In this document: in pieces, positions 29,620 to 39,891 of the stretch
Layout of the letters: each line of letters starts with the position of its first letter
Numbering within the stretch: position 1 is the stretch's first letter
Assembly (NCBI GenBank): GCA_965225855.1
Contig: CBDDCK010000005.1
Coordinates: forward strand, 1,696,001 to 1,760,000
Length of the DNA: 64,000 nucleotides
Direction: 5' to 3'
DNA from: Spirochaetia bacterium
GTDB taxonomy: Bacteria; Spirochaetota; Spirochaetia; SP-2023
Translations under genes and position numbers: made by a program
The notes under the pieces: model-generated
Seen by the model: only the letters and a program-made list of their open reading frames with translations
What the model was told of the DNA's origin: nothing
Databases searched by the model: none

Positions 29620-30222
29620 TTATAAGCTTAAACCACACCATAATTGCCAGCCAGTATAAAACAACAAAAATAATAGAATGGCTAATCCTGCTCCCTTTTC
29701 CAGTGCTATATTGTAGGCACCATGCCATAGTAGGGCTATCACAAAAAATAATCGGCTTTTGCGCTGGAATATTTTTAAAGCAATTAGCGAGCTTAAACAC
29801 GAATGTACTAAACTGCTAGGCAGCCGCCAGTAAATGCTATTTAAATTATAGCTAAGGGCATACCATAAATTTTCAGCGGAGGCAAAACCCAAGCCTAAAG
29901 CAATTCCTATTAGGATAAATAAATACGCTGATCTATTTGATGTAATTTTGTGGCACGAAATATGTAGCAAAATAAATTTAATGGTCTCCTCCAAAAAGGA
30001 AGCAACAAGAGGTTGTACTAAAAAAGTGATAGGGGGTTGAAGGGGCTGAATCCAACTGACTAAAAGGCCGACAAGATAGCGTTCTGGGAAAACAGAAGCA
30101 AAAGCAGCAAGGGCTCCTAACAAAAAAGCTGTCGTCAATAAAGCTTGGGAATGGGGGAGCACAAACCAGTTAAATAATAGCAATACAAGAATTAGTCCTC
30201 CCCCTAAAAATAAGCCAAGCAT
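29620..30222 (-). CDS. PrsW-family intramembrane protease
   Basis: LEETIK, GLGFASAEN, VH and WHGAYN motifs; hydrophobic. Confidence 0.85.
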   Translation of the reverse strand: MLGLFLGGGLILVLLLFNWFVLPHSQALLTTAFLLGALAAFASVFPERYLVGLLVSWIQPLQPPITFLVQPLVASFLEETIKFILLHISCHKITSNRSAYLFILIGIALGLGFASAENLWYALSYNLNSIYWRLPSSLVHSCLSSLIALKIFQRKSRLFFVIALLWHGAYNIALEKGAGLAILLFLLFYTGWQLWCGLSL

Positions 30223-30228
30223 TTTTGC

Positions 30229-30945
30229 TTATGGCAAATTACTCTGATAAATAATGCGCACTTGTTTGTATGTTCCTTTGCCCTCACTAACGGTAAAAAT
30301 ATTGGGCCAATTGTTTAAGGTTTTGTGAATAATCCGCCTCTCGGAAGGATTCATAATTTCTAACAGATGGGAATTTCGGTGGTTTTCTACTTGAGCAGCG
30401 GTTGCCTTAGCAAGCTTTACCAGCTTTACCTCACGGCGTTTGCGATAACTACCTACGTCCAAATCCACGTCCAAATCTGCAGGAACATCATTTTCTTCAT
30501 CATGCAATCTGCCTAGATAGGCATTTAAAATAATTTGCAGAGCATCTAAACTTTTGCCATGTTTCCCAATTAATTGGGAAGGGTCGCTGGAATCTTGTAT
30601 ATTAAACAGCAGCCGATTATCTTTACGAGAGCACAATACCACATCACCATCTTGGCCCATACGGTGCAATAATTCTTGCATAAAATCGCGAATATTTGCT
30701 TCCCAAACAGTTATTTCGGTAAGCTCTGGTTCCAGTAATTCGTTTGACTCTCCTGTACTTTCACTGCTTTCTTCTAACAAAATTTCTTCACTGTGGGGGT
30801 ATACCCGAATGCGAACGTTGTTTTTTCGGAATAAACTATTGTCATTTTCCAAAATCTCTATATCAAATTGAGCGCTATTTAACCCTAATGCTTTACTTGC
30901 TTGTTGAATAGCTTCTTGTTCGGTTTTCCCAGTAAATTCATTCAT
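30229..30945 (-). CDS. jag: RNA-binding protein Jag/KhpB/EloR
   Basis: Jag_N, KH (LIGKHGKSLDALQ) and R3H (ERRIIH) domains; follows yidC. Confidence 0.93.
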   Translation of the reverse strand: MNEFTGKTEQEAIQQASKALGLNSAQFDIEILENDNSLFRKNNVRIRVYPHSEEILLEESSESTGESNELLEPELTEITVWEANIRDFMQELLHRMGQDGDVVLCSRKDNRLLFNIQDSSDPSQLIGKHGKSLDALQIILNAYLGRLHDEENDVPADLDVDLDVGSYRKRREVKLVKLAKATAAQVENHRNSHLLEIMNPSERRIIHKTLNNWPNIFTVSEGKGTYKQVRIIYQSNLP

Positions 30946-31099
30946 TTGGCAAACTCCTTTCCAGCCTGTTATAAAATAAAGGCTAGCTTGCTTAATAATT
31001 GTTATTTTTTGTATTCATTTTTTCTTCACTGCTTCTTCTGCTTAATTGGCTTGTTTGGCTAGAATCTTTTGAATCTAAATTGGCTACTAGCTGAATCTG

Positions 31100-32974
31100 C
31101 TAGTCTTTCTGGAAGCGATTTCGTTTGCTTTTATGGCGTGTATAATTACGATTATTTTGAGCCACAATGGCATCTGCTTCATGCTTGATACTCGCTTCAT
31201 CATCACTACAAAATTTAACCATGAATAATTGCTGAATCATCATCAGAACATTGGAAATTGTCCAGTATAAAATTAGGCCTGAAGGCATGTTATAAAGAAC
31301 AATCGAAAATATAATGGGCATATATAGGGTAAACATTCGCTGTTGCATTTTATTTTGCATAGGCGGCTGGCTAGCTTGCATCAACTTGCTGGAAAGCAAT
31401 TGCGAGCCTAGATAGATAATCGGCAGCAAGCGCAGGGGCATATTCCAACCGAGCAAATAAAAACTATAAACTAAGTCAGGAGCCGAAAGGTCTCCAATCC
31501 AGCCGGGGATAAAACTGGCTCCGCGCAATTCAAAATAACGATAAAACAAGTTAGCAATAGCAATTAAAATCGGCATTTGTATTAGTAGCGGTAAGCAACC
31601 GCCCATTGGATTTACTTTTTCCTTGCGATACAAAGTGGCCATTTCCAGTTGTAGGCGTTTGGGGTCGCCTTTGTATTTTTCTTGAATCTCTTTCATTTGC
31701 GGTTGCAATAAGCGCATGCGACTAGTTGATTTATAGGCTTTTAAGGTCAGGGGAAACAGTAAAATCCGCACGATAAGAGCAAACAAAATAATGGCCAAAC
31801 CGTAATTATAAATAAACCTGTAGAGCCAATTTAATGCCCATTTTACAGGTTCTTCAATAAAGCCCAAACTAAATTTAACCATTGAGTTCAGGCCTACATC
31901 GGAAAGGCCAAATGCATTTTCGCTGGACTCATTAAAAATATTTAACTCGCTGGCTAATAATGGGCCTATATAATAATAGAAAGTATCGTCCACTAAATCA
32001 TCACCTAGTTTATTTGCGCGGCGTTCAAATAAAAATTGTGAACTTTCTAATGGACGGCCTGTTGCATCTAGCCCTAGGCCAGAGACATTGGCCCCCGACC
32101 AGTAGACATCGAGATTTTTGCTAGGAAGGCCAAACACGCCAAAGTATTTGCCGCTGATACCTGCCCAAATAGAGCTAATATCTAAGCGTTTATCACGACT
32201 TGAACGCCCTAGCGATACGGTTTTGCTTTTTTTACCATTATAATACACATAGCTGCGCATATCAGCAGCGGTTCGGTTGCTGCCAATATGATCGACTTCT
32301 GGCCCAATTTGTGGACCATAGTATATACTATAAACTACTTTACGCTTATTTTGTGCCAACAGCCCACCCGACTCCCGTAAAAGCCTTAGGCTTACTTTTA
32401 TCATGTATTCATCTTGAGTGAATTCTAAAGTTTTCTTTAGGATATATGGCTCTGTATCATTATTTAAAGTAAACTCTGTGGTAAATTGGTAGACTAAATT
32501 TCCAATTTTTTTAAAGTCGTGAGGCATTAAAATTGGTTGGCCATCATTATAATTGCCCAAAAAAACCGTAAACGGATAAAGTCCAGAATCAACACTTCGA
32601 ACCATTTCCAATGGTAAGCCATTATTGTTATGTTGTTTCAGAACTAAAGAACGCATAACCGCTCCTTCCAAACTAAACTCGGCGCGATAGACATCGGTTT
32701 CTACAATTATTGGATTTTGATTTTTTTTTGTAACAGAAGAATTATGAGGGCGAAGCTTAGCCTGCCCTAAGTCGGAAGGATTGATTTTTACTTTTTTATC
32801 TACAGTATTTAAGTCAGACTGCCCTAATATTTTTTGTTGTCTAGCCCCCTGCTGTTTCGTCTCTTGTTGTTTCGAAGCTAACCAACTTTGATAATAAAAC
32901 CATCCACCAAATAATACGGTTAGTAATAGCAAACCGATTGTTTGCATTTTTTTCGCATGGTCATTTTTACTCAT
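31100..32974 (-). CDS. yidC: Membrane protein insertase YidC
   Basis: NYGLAII, NPMGGCLPLLIQMPI and PSGLILYW motifs. Confidence 0.97.
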   Translation of the reverse strand: MSKNDHAKKMQTIGLLLLTVLFGGWFYYQSWLASKQQETKQQGARQQKILGQSDLNTVDKKVKINPSDLGQAKLRPHNSSVTKKNQNPIIVETDVYRAEFSLEGAVMRSLVLKQHNNNGLPLEMVRSVDSGLYPFTVFLGNYNDGQPILMPHDFKKIGNLVYQFTTEFTLNNDTEPYILKKTLEFTQDEYMIKVSLRLLRESGGLLAQNKRKVVYSIYYGPQIGPEVDHIGSNRTAADMRSYVYYNGKKSKTVSLGRSSRDKRLDISSIWAGISGKYFGVFGLPSKNLDVYWSGANVSGLGLDATGRPLESSQFLFERRANKLGDDLVDDTFYYYIGPLLASELNIFNESSENAFGLSDVGLNSMVKFSLGFIEEPVKWALNWLYRFIYNYGLAIILFALIVRILLFPLTLKAYKSTSRMRLLQPQMKEIQEKYKGDPKRLQLEMATLYRKEKVNPMGGCLPLLIQMPILIAIANLFYRYFELRGASFIPGWIGDLSAPDLVYSFYLLGWNMPLRLLPIIYLGSQLLSSKLMQASQPPMQNKMQQRMFTLYMPIIFSIVLYNMPSGLILYWTISNVLMMIQQLFMVKFCSDDEASIKHEADAIVAQNNRNYTRHKSKRNRFQKD

Positions 32975-32986
32975 TATTATTTCCTT

Positions 32987-33262
32987 TTAAAAATTTAGCT
33001 TTTCTACTATTTTTGAGTCATTTTTATTTTCATTTTTTTCGCATACGGCTGGATCATAACCACCTAGATTCCACGGATGGCAACGCAATATACGCTTCAA
33101 ACCAAGCCACATTCCTTTTTGTAAACCATAGTACTCCAAAGCTTTAATACAATATGAAGAACAACTAGGATAAAAACGACATCTTTTGGGAAAGAATGGA
33201 GACAATGTATATTGATATAATTTGATAGCCTTTATGAAAATATTTTTAATAATATTTATCAT
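32987..33262 (-). CDS. yidD: Membrane protein insertion efficiency factor YidD
   Basis: CRFYPSCSSY...RILRCHPW..GGYDP. Confidence 0.95.
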   Translation of the reverse strand: MINIIKNIFIKAIKLYQYTLSPFFPKRCRFYPSCSSYCIKALEYYGLQKGMWLGLKRILRCHPWNLGGYDPAVCEKNENKNDSKIVEKLNF

Positions 33263-33278
33263 ATTAGATACGGGTATC

Positions 33279-33893
33279 TCAATGTAATATTTCCGATTGC
33301 TTTGCATTTCTCAAAAACTCAAACCATTGTTTACGCAATGATTTTTCTAAATGCGACAATAGAAATTGATACCGCTGAATTTCTCCCAGAAATAAAGGAT
33401 CGCTAGCTCCCTGCCAAATGCGAAAAGATTCGAGCAATTCTATATTTTCTACAGGGTAAGCGGGCCGATAAATAACAAAGGCCCAGTGGTAAACAAGCTG
33501 TTGCTCCAAATGTAAAATATTCATTCGGAAGTCTTCTTTTTCACAATGAGCATTTCCATACATAAAATGTTTTGCCTGCAATATATTCAGAGCAGATATG
33601 GCTACACGCCAAGAAATATGACGCAATTGCTGTTTGCTGTGGCGGTAGAATTCACGCTGTAGGCGTTTTGCTCGATTCCTTTGAGCAGCAGAGCCCAAAC
33701 GCTTTACCGGACTGAGAAACAATTGATCATCTGCCCCAATGTCTGATCTGGTATTAAAAATCAATTTTAAGCCTGCATGCTGTACACTGCCACGAAATTT
33801 CAATTGAGTATCGTCATTTCCAGAATGCTTAAACAATTCTGCTATTTGATATTTATTGCGCAATATCTCATTCTTAGTAAGGTTTTTTCTCAT
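33279..33893 (-). CDS. rnpA: Ribonuclease P protein component (unusually long)
   Basis: RNR motif [13 protein letters not shown]; position between rpmH and yidD. Confidence 0.8.
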   Translation of the reverse strand: MRKNLTKNEILRNKYQIAELFKHSGNDDTQLKFRGSVQHAGLKLIFNTRSDIGADDQLFLSPVKRLGSAAQRNRAKRLQREFYRHSKQQLRHISWRVAISALNILQAKHFMYGNAHCEKEDFRMNILHLEQQLVYHWAFVIYRPAYPVENIELLESFRIWQGASDPLFLGEIQRYQFLLSHLEKSLRKQWFEFLRNAKQSEILH

Positions 33894-34029
33894 CTGAAAT
33901 GCTCAATTTGTGCCGACCTTTTTTGCGGCGGCGGCGTAAAACATTTTGCCCGCCTTGTGTGGCCATGCGGGCACGAAAACCAAATTTACGATTGCGCTTT
34001 ACGCGACTAGGATTATAGGTTGGCTTCAC
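33874..34029 (-). CDS. rpmH: 50S ribosomal protein L34
   Basis: Manual translation [54 protein letters not shown] start after AGGAG; below the ORF-track cutoff. Confidence 0.97.
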   Translation of the reverse strand: MKPTYNPSRVKRNRKFGFRARMATQGGQNVLRRRRKKGRHKLSISDEKKPY

Positions 34030-34196
34030 GACATTCTCCTTTTAAGGCTATCTAACTAAAACTGCAATGGAATAACCTATCTTAAAGTAAGACTAGGGAT
34101 TGTACTTTATCTTTATTTTTTGTCAATAAACAATTTATTTTAATATTATTCTTTCTGTCTAAGCAACTATGGTAAGCTCTGGCTGATTTTGTTAAA

Positions 34197-34760
34197 ATGA
34201 TGGAAATGTTTGGTATTATTGGATTTTTATCTAAATTTAGAACAACACTAATGTTGTTGTGTTTTTTCAGTTTATTTTTTATTAGTAAGGCTTTGTTCAA
34301 TAGTGATAGGGTTTATATATTGTTGTTTCCTGGGGCCGATAGTGAATATAACGGCTTGGGAAATTTTAGCCAACTGTACATAGAACAGCGCAAAGTACCT
34401 ATTCCTAAAGTATTACCCACTGGCTGGGATCAACAAGAGCGCGAAATTTATTATTTGTTAAAAGAACTTGTTTATGGCCCCGGCCCACGCATCATTCATT
34501 CATACCCTTTTATTTCTACTGATACCAAAATCAATAATCTTGTAATAGAGCAACAAAATTTATACGTGGATTTCAATGCCAAGCTGGTGGAAGGGAAATC
34601 GGAACACTACTTTGGTACAAATGAAGTATTAGCACTGACGAAAAAGGTTGTTCGCTTAAATTTCCCTCACATCAAAAATATTTTTTTTACTGTAGATGGC
34701 CTCGATATTCGCTTATTCCGTAGTAACCTAGAAAATCGTCCAACTATGAAAAAATCTTAA
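34197..34760 (+). CDS. GerMN-domain-like membrane-anchored protein
   Basis: N-terminal TM; LLKELVYGP...LYVDFN...IFFTVDG pattern. Confidence 0.65.
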   Translation: MMEMFGIIGFLSKFRTTLMLLCFFSLFFISKALFNSDRVYILLFPGADSEYNGLGNFSQLYIEQRKVPIPKVLPTGWDQQEREIYYLLKELVYGPGPRIIHSYPFISTDTKINNLVIEQQNLYVDFNAKLVEGKSEHYFGTNEVLALTKKVVRLNFPHIKNIFFTVDGLDIRLFRSNLENRPTMKKS

Positions 34761-36050
34761 TTATTGGTTACGGGATATCACTTGTTCACGCTTAGGTCCG
34801 TTGGAAATCCAAGTGATCGGCACGCCTAATTGTTTTTCTAAAAATAATATGTATTCTTGAGCTTGGGCAGGTAAATCCGCAAATACCCGCACAGAGCTAA
34901 TATCTTTTTTCCAACCGGGTAATTTGACAAAAACAGGTTTCATTCTTTGCTGCAAAGTCTGGCATGGAAAATCGAATACTTCTTTTCCGTTTTTTTGATC
35001 GCGATAAGCCACACAAACGGGAATTTTATCAAGATCGTCTAATACGTCGATATTGGTCAGAGCCATTTCTGTAGCTCCTTGGATTTCTGCGCCATAACGT
35101 GTAGCCACTGCATCAAACCAACCCACTCTACGGGGCCGCCCTGTGGTTGCACCATATTCTCCACTATCTCCGCCACGTTGGCGTAGCCATTCTGCTTCGG
35201 CACCATGCAATTCTACCACAAAAGGCCCTTGTCCCACACAGGAAGAATAGGCTTTGGTTACCGCTAAAACTTTTTGCAATTCACGAGCTGAAACCCCAAG
35301 CCCAGCTGGGGCAAAAGTTGCCAATGGAGAGGAGGAAGTAGAGTAGGGGTAAATACCATGAAAAATATCACGCAAGGTGCCTAATTGACCTTCTACTAAA
35401 ACATGCTTATTTTGCCGTAAAGCATTATTTAGCAGTGCTCTGGTATCACATAAGTAAGGCGTAAGGACTTCACGTGCAGCACGTGCTTCTATGAGCAGGT
35501 TTTCAATCTCTAATTCTGGCTTTCGGTATAGTTCTCGAAACAATAAATTTTTCTGTGGGAGAATTAATTGAAAATGGTTTTCCAACGCAGCCTCATCAAA
35601 TAATTGATGCAGTTGGATGCCGGTTTTTGCATACATATCACTATAAAAAGGTGCTATACCAGAACGGGTTGAACCAAAGTTTGCTGAAGCCCGCCGCTCT
35701 TCTTCTAGGGTATCAAATTGTTTATGGTAGGAAAATAGTAGATGCGCTCTATCGGAAATGAGTAACTTTGGTGTACTCACGCCACGCTGTTGCAAATTTT
35801 CTAATTCTTTGCGCAAAGCATCTACGTTGACGGCAACACAAGGCCCTAAAATATTTGTAGTATTTTGATTAAATACCCCAGAAGGGAGTAAGTGTAGCGC
35901 AAATTTGCCATACTGATTTATGATGGTGTGCCCAGCATTACTCCCGCCCTGAAAACGTGCGACAAAATCAGAATTACTAGCTAAAAAGTCTGTAAATTTG
36001 CCTTTTCCCTCATCTCCCCAATTTGCTCCAACAATGGCTGTTATAGGCAT
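34761..36050 (-). CDS. purA: Adenylosuccinate synthetase
   Basis: WGDEGKGK, GGSNAGHT and EYGATTGRPRRVGWFD motifs. Confidence 0.98.
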   Translation of the reverse strand: MPITAIVGANWGDEGKGKFTDFLASNSDFVARFQGGSNAGHTIINQYGKFALHLLPSGVFNQNTTNILGPCVAVNVDALRKELENLQQRGVSTPKLLISDRAHLLFSYHKQFDTLEEERRASANFGSTRSGIAPFYSDMYAKTGIQLHQLFDEAALENHFQLILPQKNLLFRELYRKPELEIENLLIEARAAREVLTPYLCDTRALLNNALRQNKHVLVEGQLGTLRDIFHGIYPYSTSSSPLATFAPAGLGVSARELQKVLAVTKAYSSCVGQGPFVVELHGAEAEWLRQRGGDSGEYGATTGRPRRVGWFDAVATRYGAEIQGATEMALTNIDVLDDLDKIPVCVAYRDQKNGKEVFDFPCQTLQQRMKPVFVKLPGWKKDISSVRVFADLPAQAQEYILFLEKQLGVPITWISNGPKREQVISRNQ

Positions 36051-36123
36051 TTGCCCTCCAAACTAGTACACTGTAATTTTGATAAAATAAAATTTGCTGG
36101 ATTCATATGGCTGTACTGGATTC

Positions 36124-37242
36124 TTAAACTCCGGCAAATTTAGCAAAATACATATAAACTCGGTTCATAAATTCAGTTTGAATATCTTTATTTAATAATC
36201 GTTTTAATGTAGTAACAGTGCGCAAACGCGATATACCGGATTCTCGCCCACTTTTACTAAAATCTAATAGTGATGTTTTGAAACCACTGCCATCTACATT
36301 TTGCATTTGTGTAAAACTAAGCTGTAAGTCCCAAGCCAAGTTGATATAACGGTTGTTGGTTTTTATATCGGAAAGCTGCAATGACACTTTAACAACTAGA
36401 GCATTATTGCCTTGCTTTCGGGTAAAACCTAATTTGGTAAATTGTTCTGCAATATTCTCACCCAAAAATCGCAGCTCTGCAGCACCATCATAATTAACGG
36501 TGAATGACAGCCCCCGAGCAAATTCACTACGCTCTTCAGACAGTTTTACAGAACTATAAGTAATACTCGAAGAAATGCGTTCATGCATTGACTTATTAAT
36601 AATTTGCAATTGCTCTAACAAAAGCTGGTTGCGCAGAGCTAAATCAACACTGTAATCATATAAAATAAAAGCAGATAGTAATTTTTCTGTATTATTATCT
36701 AATGGGTTAAATTTTTGAGCACGGCTGTGTAATTCTGTAATTTTGTTGCGCCGATCGGCAATGCGTTCTGAATACAGCGTACCTACCTTTTGGCGTTCGA
36801 GATAGGCAACAATATAAACCCGCCCTTCTGCACGAAACGGCTCTGAATATTCGATACCATAAATCTTTTGGGCACTGTGAATATTCACCGTTTGTTCCAC
36901 ACTACGGTAAGAGTTATTGGGGTTTTCCGATTCCGAATAGCGAAAATTTGTAGTCGAATCGTAATTGATTTGGGCTGTAAACAGGGTCGCTAGTTCGCCA
37001 GCGGCATCACGCTTTGCCTCTCGTTCTGTACTGCCTCTACCACGGACGGCCAAATAGTCTCGATCTGGGTATACTTTATTGGTATCCAGATACCAAGCGG
37101 GAACAATACCATTGGCTAAATTGGTGCGACTATTATTGCTAGTGGCTAGGCAGCCGGAAAAGAGCAAGAGACTGCCAAATAAAATAAAAAGTGAAGTAAA
37201 AAAGAATCTTTTTGTATTATTTTCTTCACTGTTCTTCATCAA
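36124..37242 (-). CDS. LPP20-like lipoprotein
   Basis: FSG-C lipobox; PAWY...YP...YLAVRGRG...AKRDA pattern. Confidence 0.7.
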   Translation of the reverse strand: MMKNSEENNTKRFFFTSLFILFGSLLLFSGCLATSNNSRTNLANGIVPAWYLDTNKVYPDRDYLAVRGRGSTEREAKRDAAGELATLFTAQINYDSTTNFRYSESENPNNSYRSVEQTVNIHSAQKIYGIEYSEPFRAEGRVYIVAYLERQKVGTLYSERIADRRNKITELHSRAQKFNPLDNNTEKLLSAFILYDYSVDLALRNQLLLEQLQIINKSMHERISSSITYSSVKLSEERSEFARGLSFTVNYDGAAELRFLGENIAEQFTKLGFTRKQGNNALVVKVSLQLSDIKTNNRYINLAWDLQLSFTQMQNVDGSGFKTSLLDFSKSGRESGISRLRTVTTLKRLLNKDIQTEFMNRVYMYFAKFAGV

Positions 37243-37259
37243 TTCAAAATCTTTCTTTA

Positions 37260-37303
37260 TTCACAGCAGTTAGGAATTTTACAGTTCCTCTAGCTGCTGT
37301 GAA
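37260..37303. terminator. Intergenic hairpin
   Basis: ttcacagcag...ctgctgtgaa stem between two lipoprotein genes. Confidence 0.55.
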
Positions 37304-37321
37304 ATTTGATTCAAAAAATAT

Positions 37322-37999
37322 TTATTCAGATTCAGCGATAAAAGGATTAAAAGCTACTTCCGATAATTCACCTCTGCTATCTTCTAAGCCATAGGCGGAA
37401 GAACTTAAATCATCTTTTAACTTAGCAATAGTAGCATTGTCTTCGTCTGTTAGATTTTCTTGGCTTGCAGCAGCTTGTTTTATGGCATCATCCATGAATT
37501 GATCTAACAAAGACTTTTTAATGGCATATACGGCAACGTACTGAAAATCTTCTTTGTCATCGTCATATTTTAGCTTAATCCACCAGTCATGCTGCATTTG
37601 TAGCCCTGAAATATTTTGTTTAGAGACAATTTCTGTGGTGATATTCATTACTTTTGTTATAGAATCTTTATCGCCACTAACAGAGCTCTTAGCCATAAAA
37701 TCAACACTGGTTTGAATGCGTTTGGCTACTTCCGATTGAACTTCAAAATTCTTTGACCACATTATCAAACCATCTAGGTTGCGGCCTTTTTGATTGGCTA
37801 TAAAAACATAGCTATCGGGAAAATATTTGCGAGATAACGCTTCTGCAGAATCGGTCAGTGCAGCTTGAATAAGTTTGGGCACTTTTGCACCAGCTAACAC
37901 GCCTTTGTGATCAATAATTTTATAATTGGGTCGTACATTTTGGTTTAATGTAGTACAAGCCGTTAATGCAAACACAACCATAATTATAATTTTCTTCAT
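37322..37999 (-). CDS. Lipoprotein of unknown function
   Basis: MKKIIIMVVFALTA-C lipobox; GGAG RBS. Confidence 0.8.
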   Translation of the reverse strand: MKKIIIMVVFALTACTTLNQNVRPNYKIIDHKGVLAGAKVPKLIQAALTDSAEALSRKYFPDSYVFIANQKGRNLDGLIMWSKNFEVQSEVAKRIQTSVDFMAKSSVSGDKDSITKVMNITTEIVSKQNISGLQMQHDWWIKLKYDDDKEDFQYVAVYAIKKSLLDQFMDDAIKQAAASQENLTDEDNATIAKLKDDLSSSAYGLEDSRGELSEVAFNPFIAESE

Positions 38000-38776
38000 A
38001 GAAACTCCTATTTTATAAAGAATAAAAATATAATAACCGATTGTAGTGATTGCTTGAAAAAGATGCAAGAGACTATAAGTTAAGTTATAAAAAACCCGCT
38101 ACTTTCAAAAAATAGTCAGCTGTCTTTTTAGAATTTAATTTGCTATAGTGTATCCTGTGTATCCTCTTGTATCCTGATAAGTTAGCCATACTATGCTATG
38201 GCAAAAGGCCTTGAATGAAAAGCAGTGCGATGCTCGCATTTTTGTTTTTTCTTAATAAAAAGCTTACCTTCATTGGGGACTATAAAGGCTTTAGGCTAGC
38301 TCCGCCAGTTTGTCGCTGTACTCGCAATAACCCAAGCCCCCAACCAATCATTGAAAACAGCAAAGGCCAACCACCCCCCCAAAAAAAAAAAAAAGCAACA
38401 AGCCCAAAACACTGTATGGCCAAAGTTGTTTGCCAAAAGCGCTTTCGGTATATACCCAGAAGAGCCGCGACTAAATAGTGATAAGAGACCCGACTAAATA
38501 CGGGAAGCCAATATAGCCAAAACTATTGAATTTGCCTACAAAACTAAGGACCTAACAAAGGTATCTCAAGGTATCTCAAATAATCTATTGGCTACGAACC
38601 ACCGTATTTGCTTACAACACTAAACACAAATAAGACACAGAAAAGTGCCAAAACACAAAAAAATTTGTAAAAAGTTTAATAAGTACCTTGACTCACCTAC
38701 CCCCTCCTAGCATAATAGTAGACTATACCGCAGCCCATATGGGTTTGCTATTCTCATTCTCTTTTTGGATGTATTG

Positions 38777-39237
38777 CTTATTAATAAGCAGAAATTATTT
38801 TTATTGCCTGTAGCGTTGCTACTGGGCCTTACACTGGTGTTTTCCTGCGACCCAGCCGATGACGATGATGCAAAGCCGTCTGGGCCTAGCATCACTGGTG
38901 CAACCTATGATAAGGTTAGTGCTCTTTTAGCCTTAGAAGGTTCTAACTTAGGTAATGCTAAAGCAGCGGACATCGCAAAAATCATGGTAGATGAAATAGC
39001 CTTAAGTGGCTATGTTGCAGATACCGAAGCCAAAGGGGCAGCTAGTACTGGTCTTACTGCAGGTAAGTACAGAATTAAAAACGATGGCAAGATGATTTGG
39101 ATCGTGCTTACAAGTGGAAATAAAGGTTCTCTTAATACCAAGTCCGGTATGAATATGGATGGTAAAAAACCGGTAAGCTTACTGGTACTTGGGCGGGTTT
39201 AAGTAAAGAGAAAGACTTAACCGTTACTGGTAATTAA
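38777..39237 (+). pseudogene. Single-domain, divergent lipoprotein-family paralog with frameshift
   Basis: Family leader; ATT at the start position; VFS-C lipobox; one A domain; one base missing in A6 (39164-39169) before GKLTGTWAGLSKEKDLTVTGN*. Confidence 0.8.
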
Positions 39238-39415
39238 TGGCTAATTAAAGCTGGCGGGCTGCCAACCAAGTAAATGGTTTTCGTTATTGCCATAAGCAAT
39301 GCTTGGTTGGCCTATTGTTAGCTCTTAGAGCATGCGCTTACTCGGCAAGCAAGGCTTGGGTTTTAGACCAAGTCTTGCTTGCCTTTTTTGTATGGGCCCG
39401 AACTACTCGAACAGC

Positions 39416-39601
39416 ATGGTGCGGGTGGAAGAAGAGCTCAAGCACCAAAGGGAACTGCTTAAAACCTTTATGCAGCAAATGGACAAGCGCTTTGAAGCTA
39501 TGCAGCAAAACATGGACAAAAGGTTTTTGATGTTGCAATGGTTTATAGCAACAGGCATTGGCCTAGTTATCGGTATCTTGGGCTTGCTTAAATTGATGTA
39601 A
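39416..39601 (+). CDS. Short coiled-coil + C-terminal TM protein (DUF1640/CCDC90-like), probably truncated
   Basis: MVRVEEELKHQRELL...MDKRF repeated, then a TM helix. Confidence 0.55.
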   Translation: MVRVEEELKHQRELLKTFMQQMDKRFEAMQQNMDKRFLMLQWFIATGIGLVIGILGLLKLM

Positions 39602-39891
39602 GCCCTACGGTTGCTTGGTTTTTTTGTGGGCAACTATTAGTTTGCTAATGATTGGCTAATTACTGGGTTGCCCTGTATTGAATATTGAGAAACAACCTAG
39701 TAGATAACTATGGGCCGACCTAATTCGTAACTATGGAATTACCTATTATGTTTTTTGTGTGTGGCCTTTGGGTTGAGTTATTGGGCTTTGGTTTTTAAAG
39801 CAGGCATTGGTAAAGGCCTGCATCACTTTTATAGCAATGATAAAGACCGCTACGCCAAATAGGCTTTATGTGGCTCTTTTGGTTTATGCCT

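Noticed and set aside
34030..34200. oriC next to rpmH
   Set aside because: No dnaA/dnaN adjacent and no cluster of TTATCCACA boxes seen.
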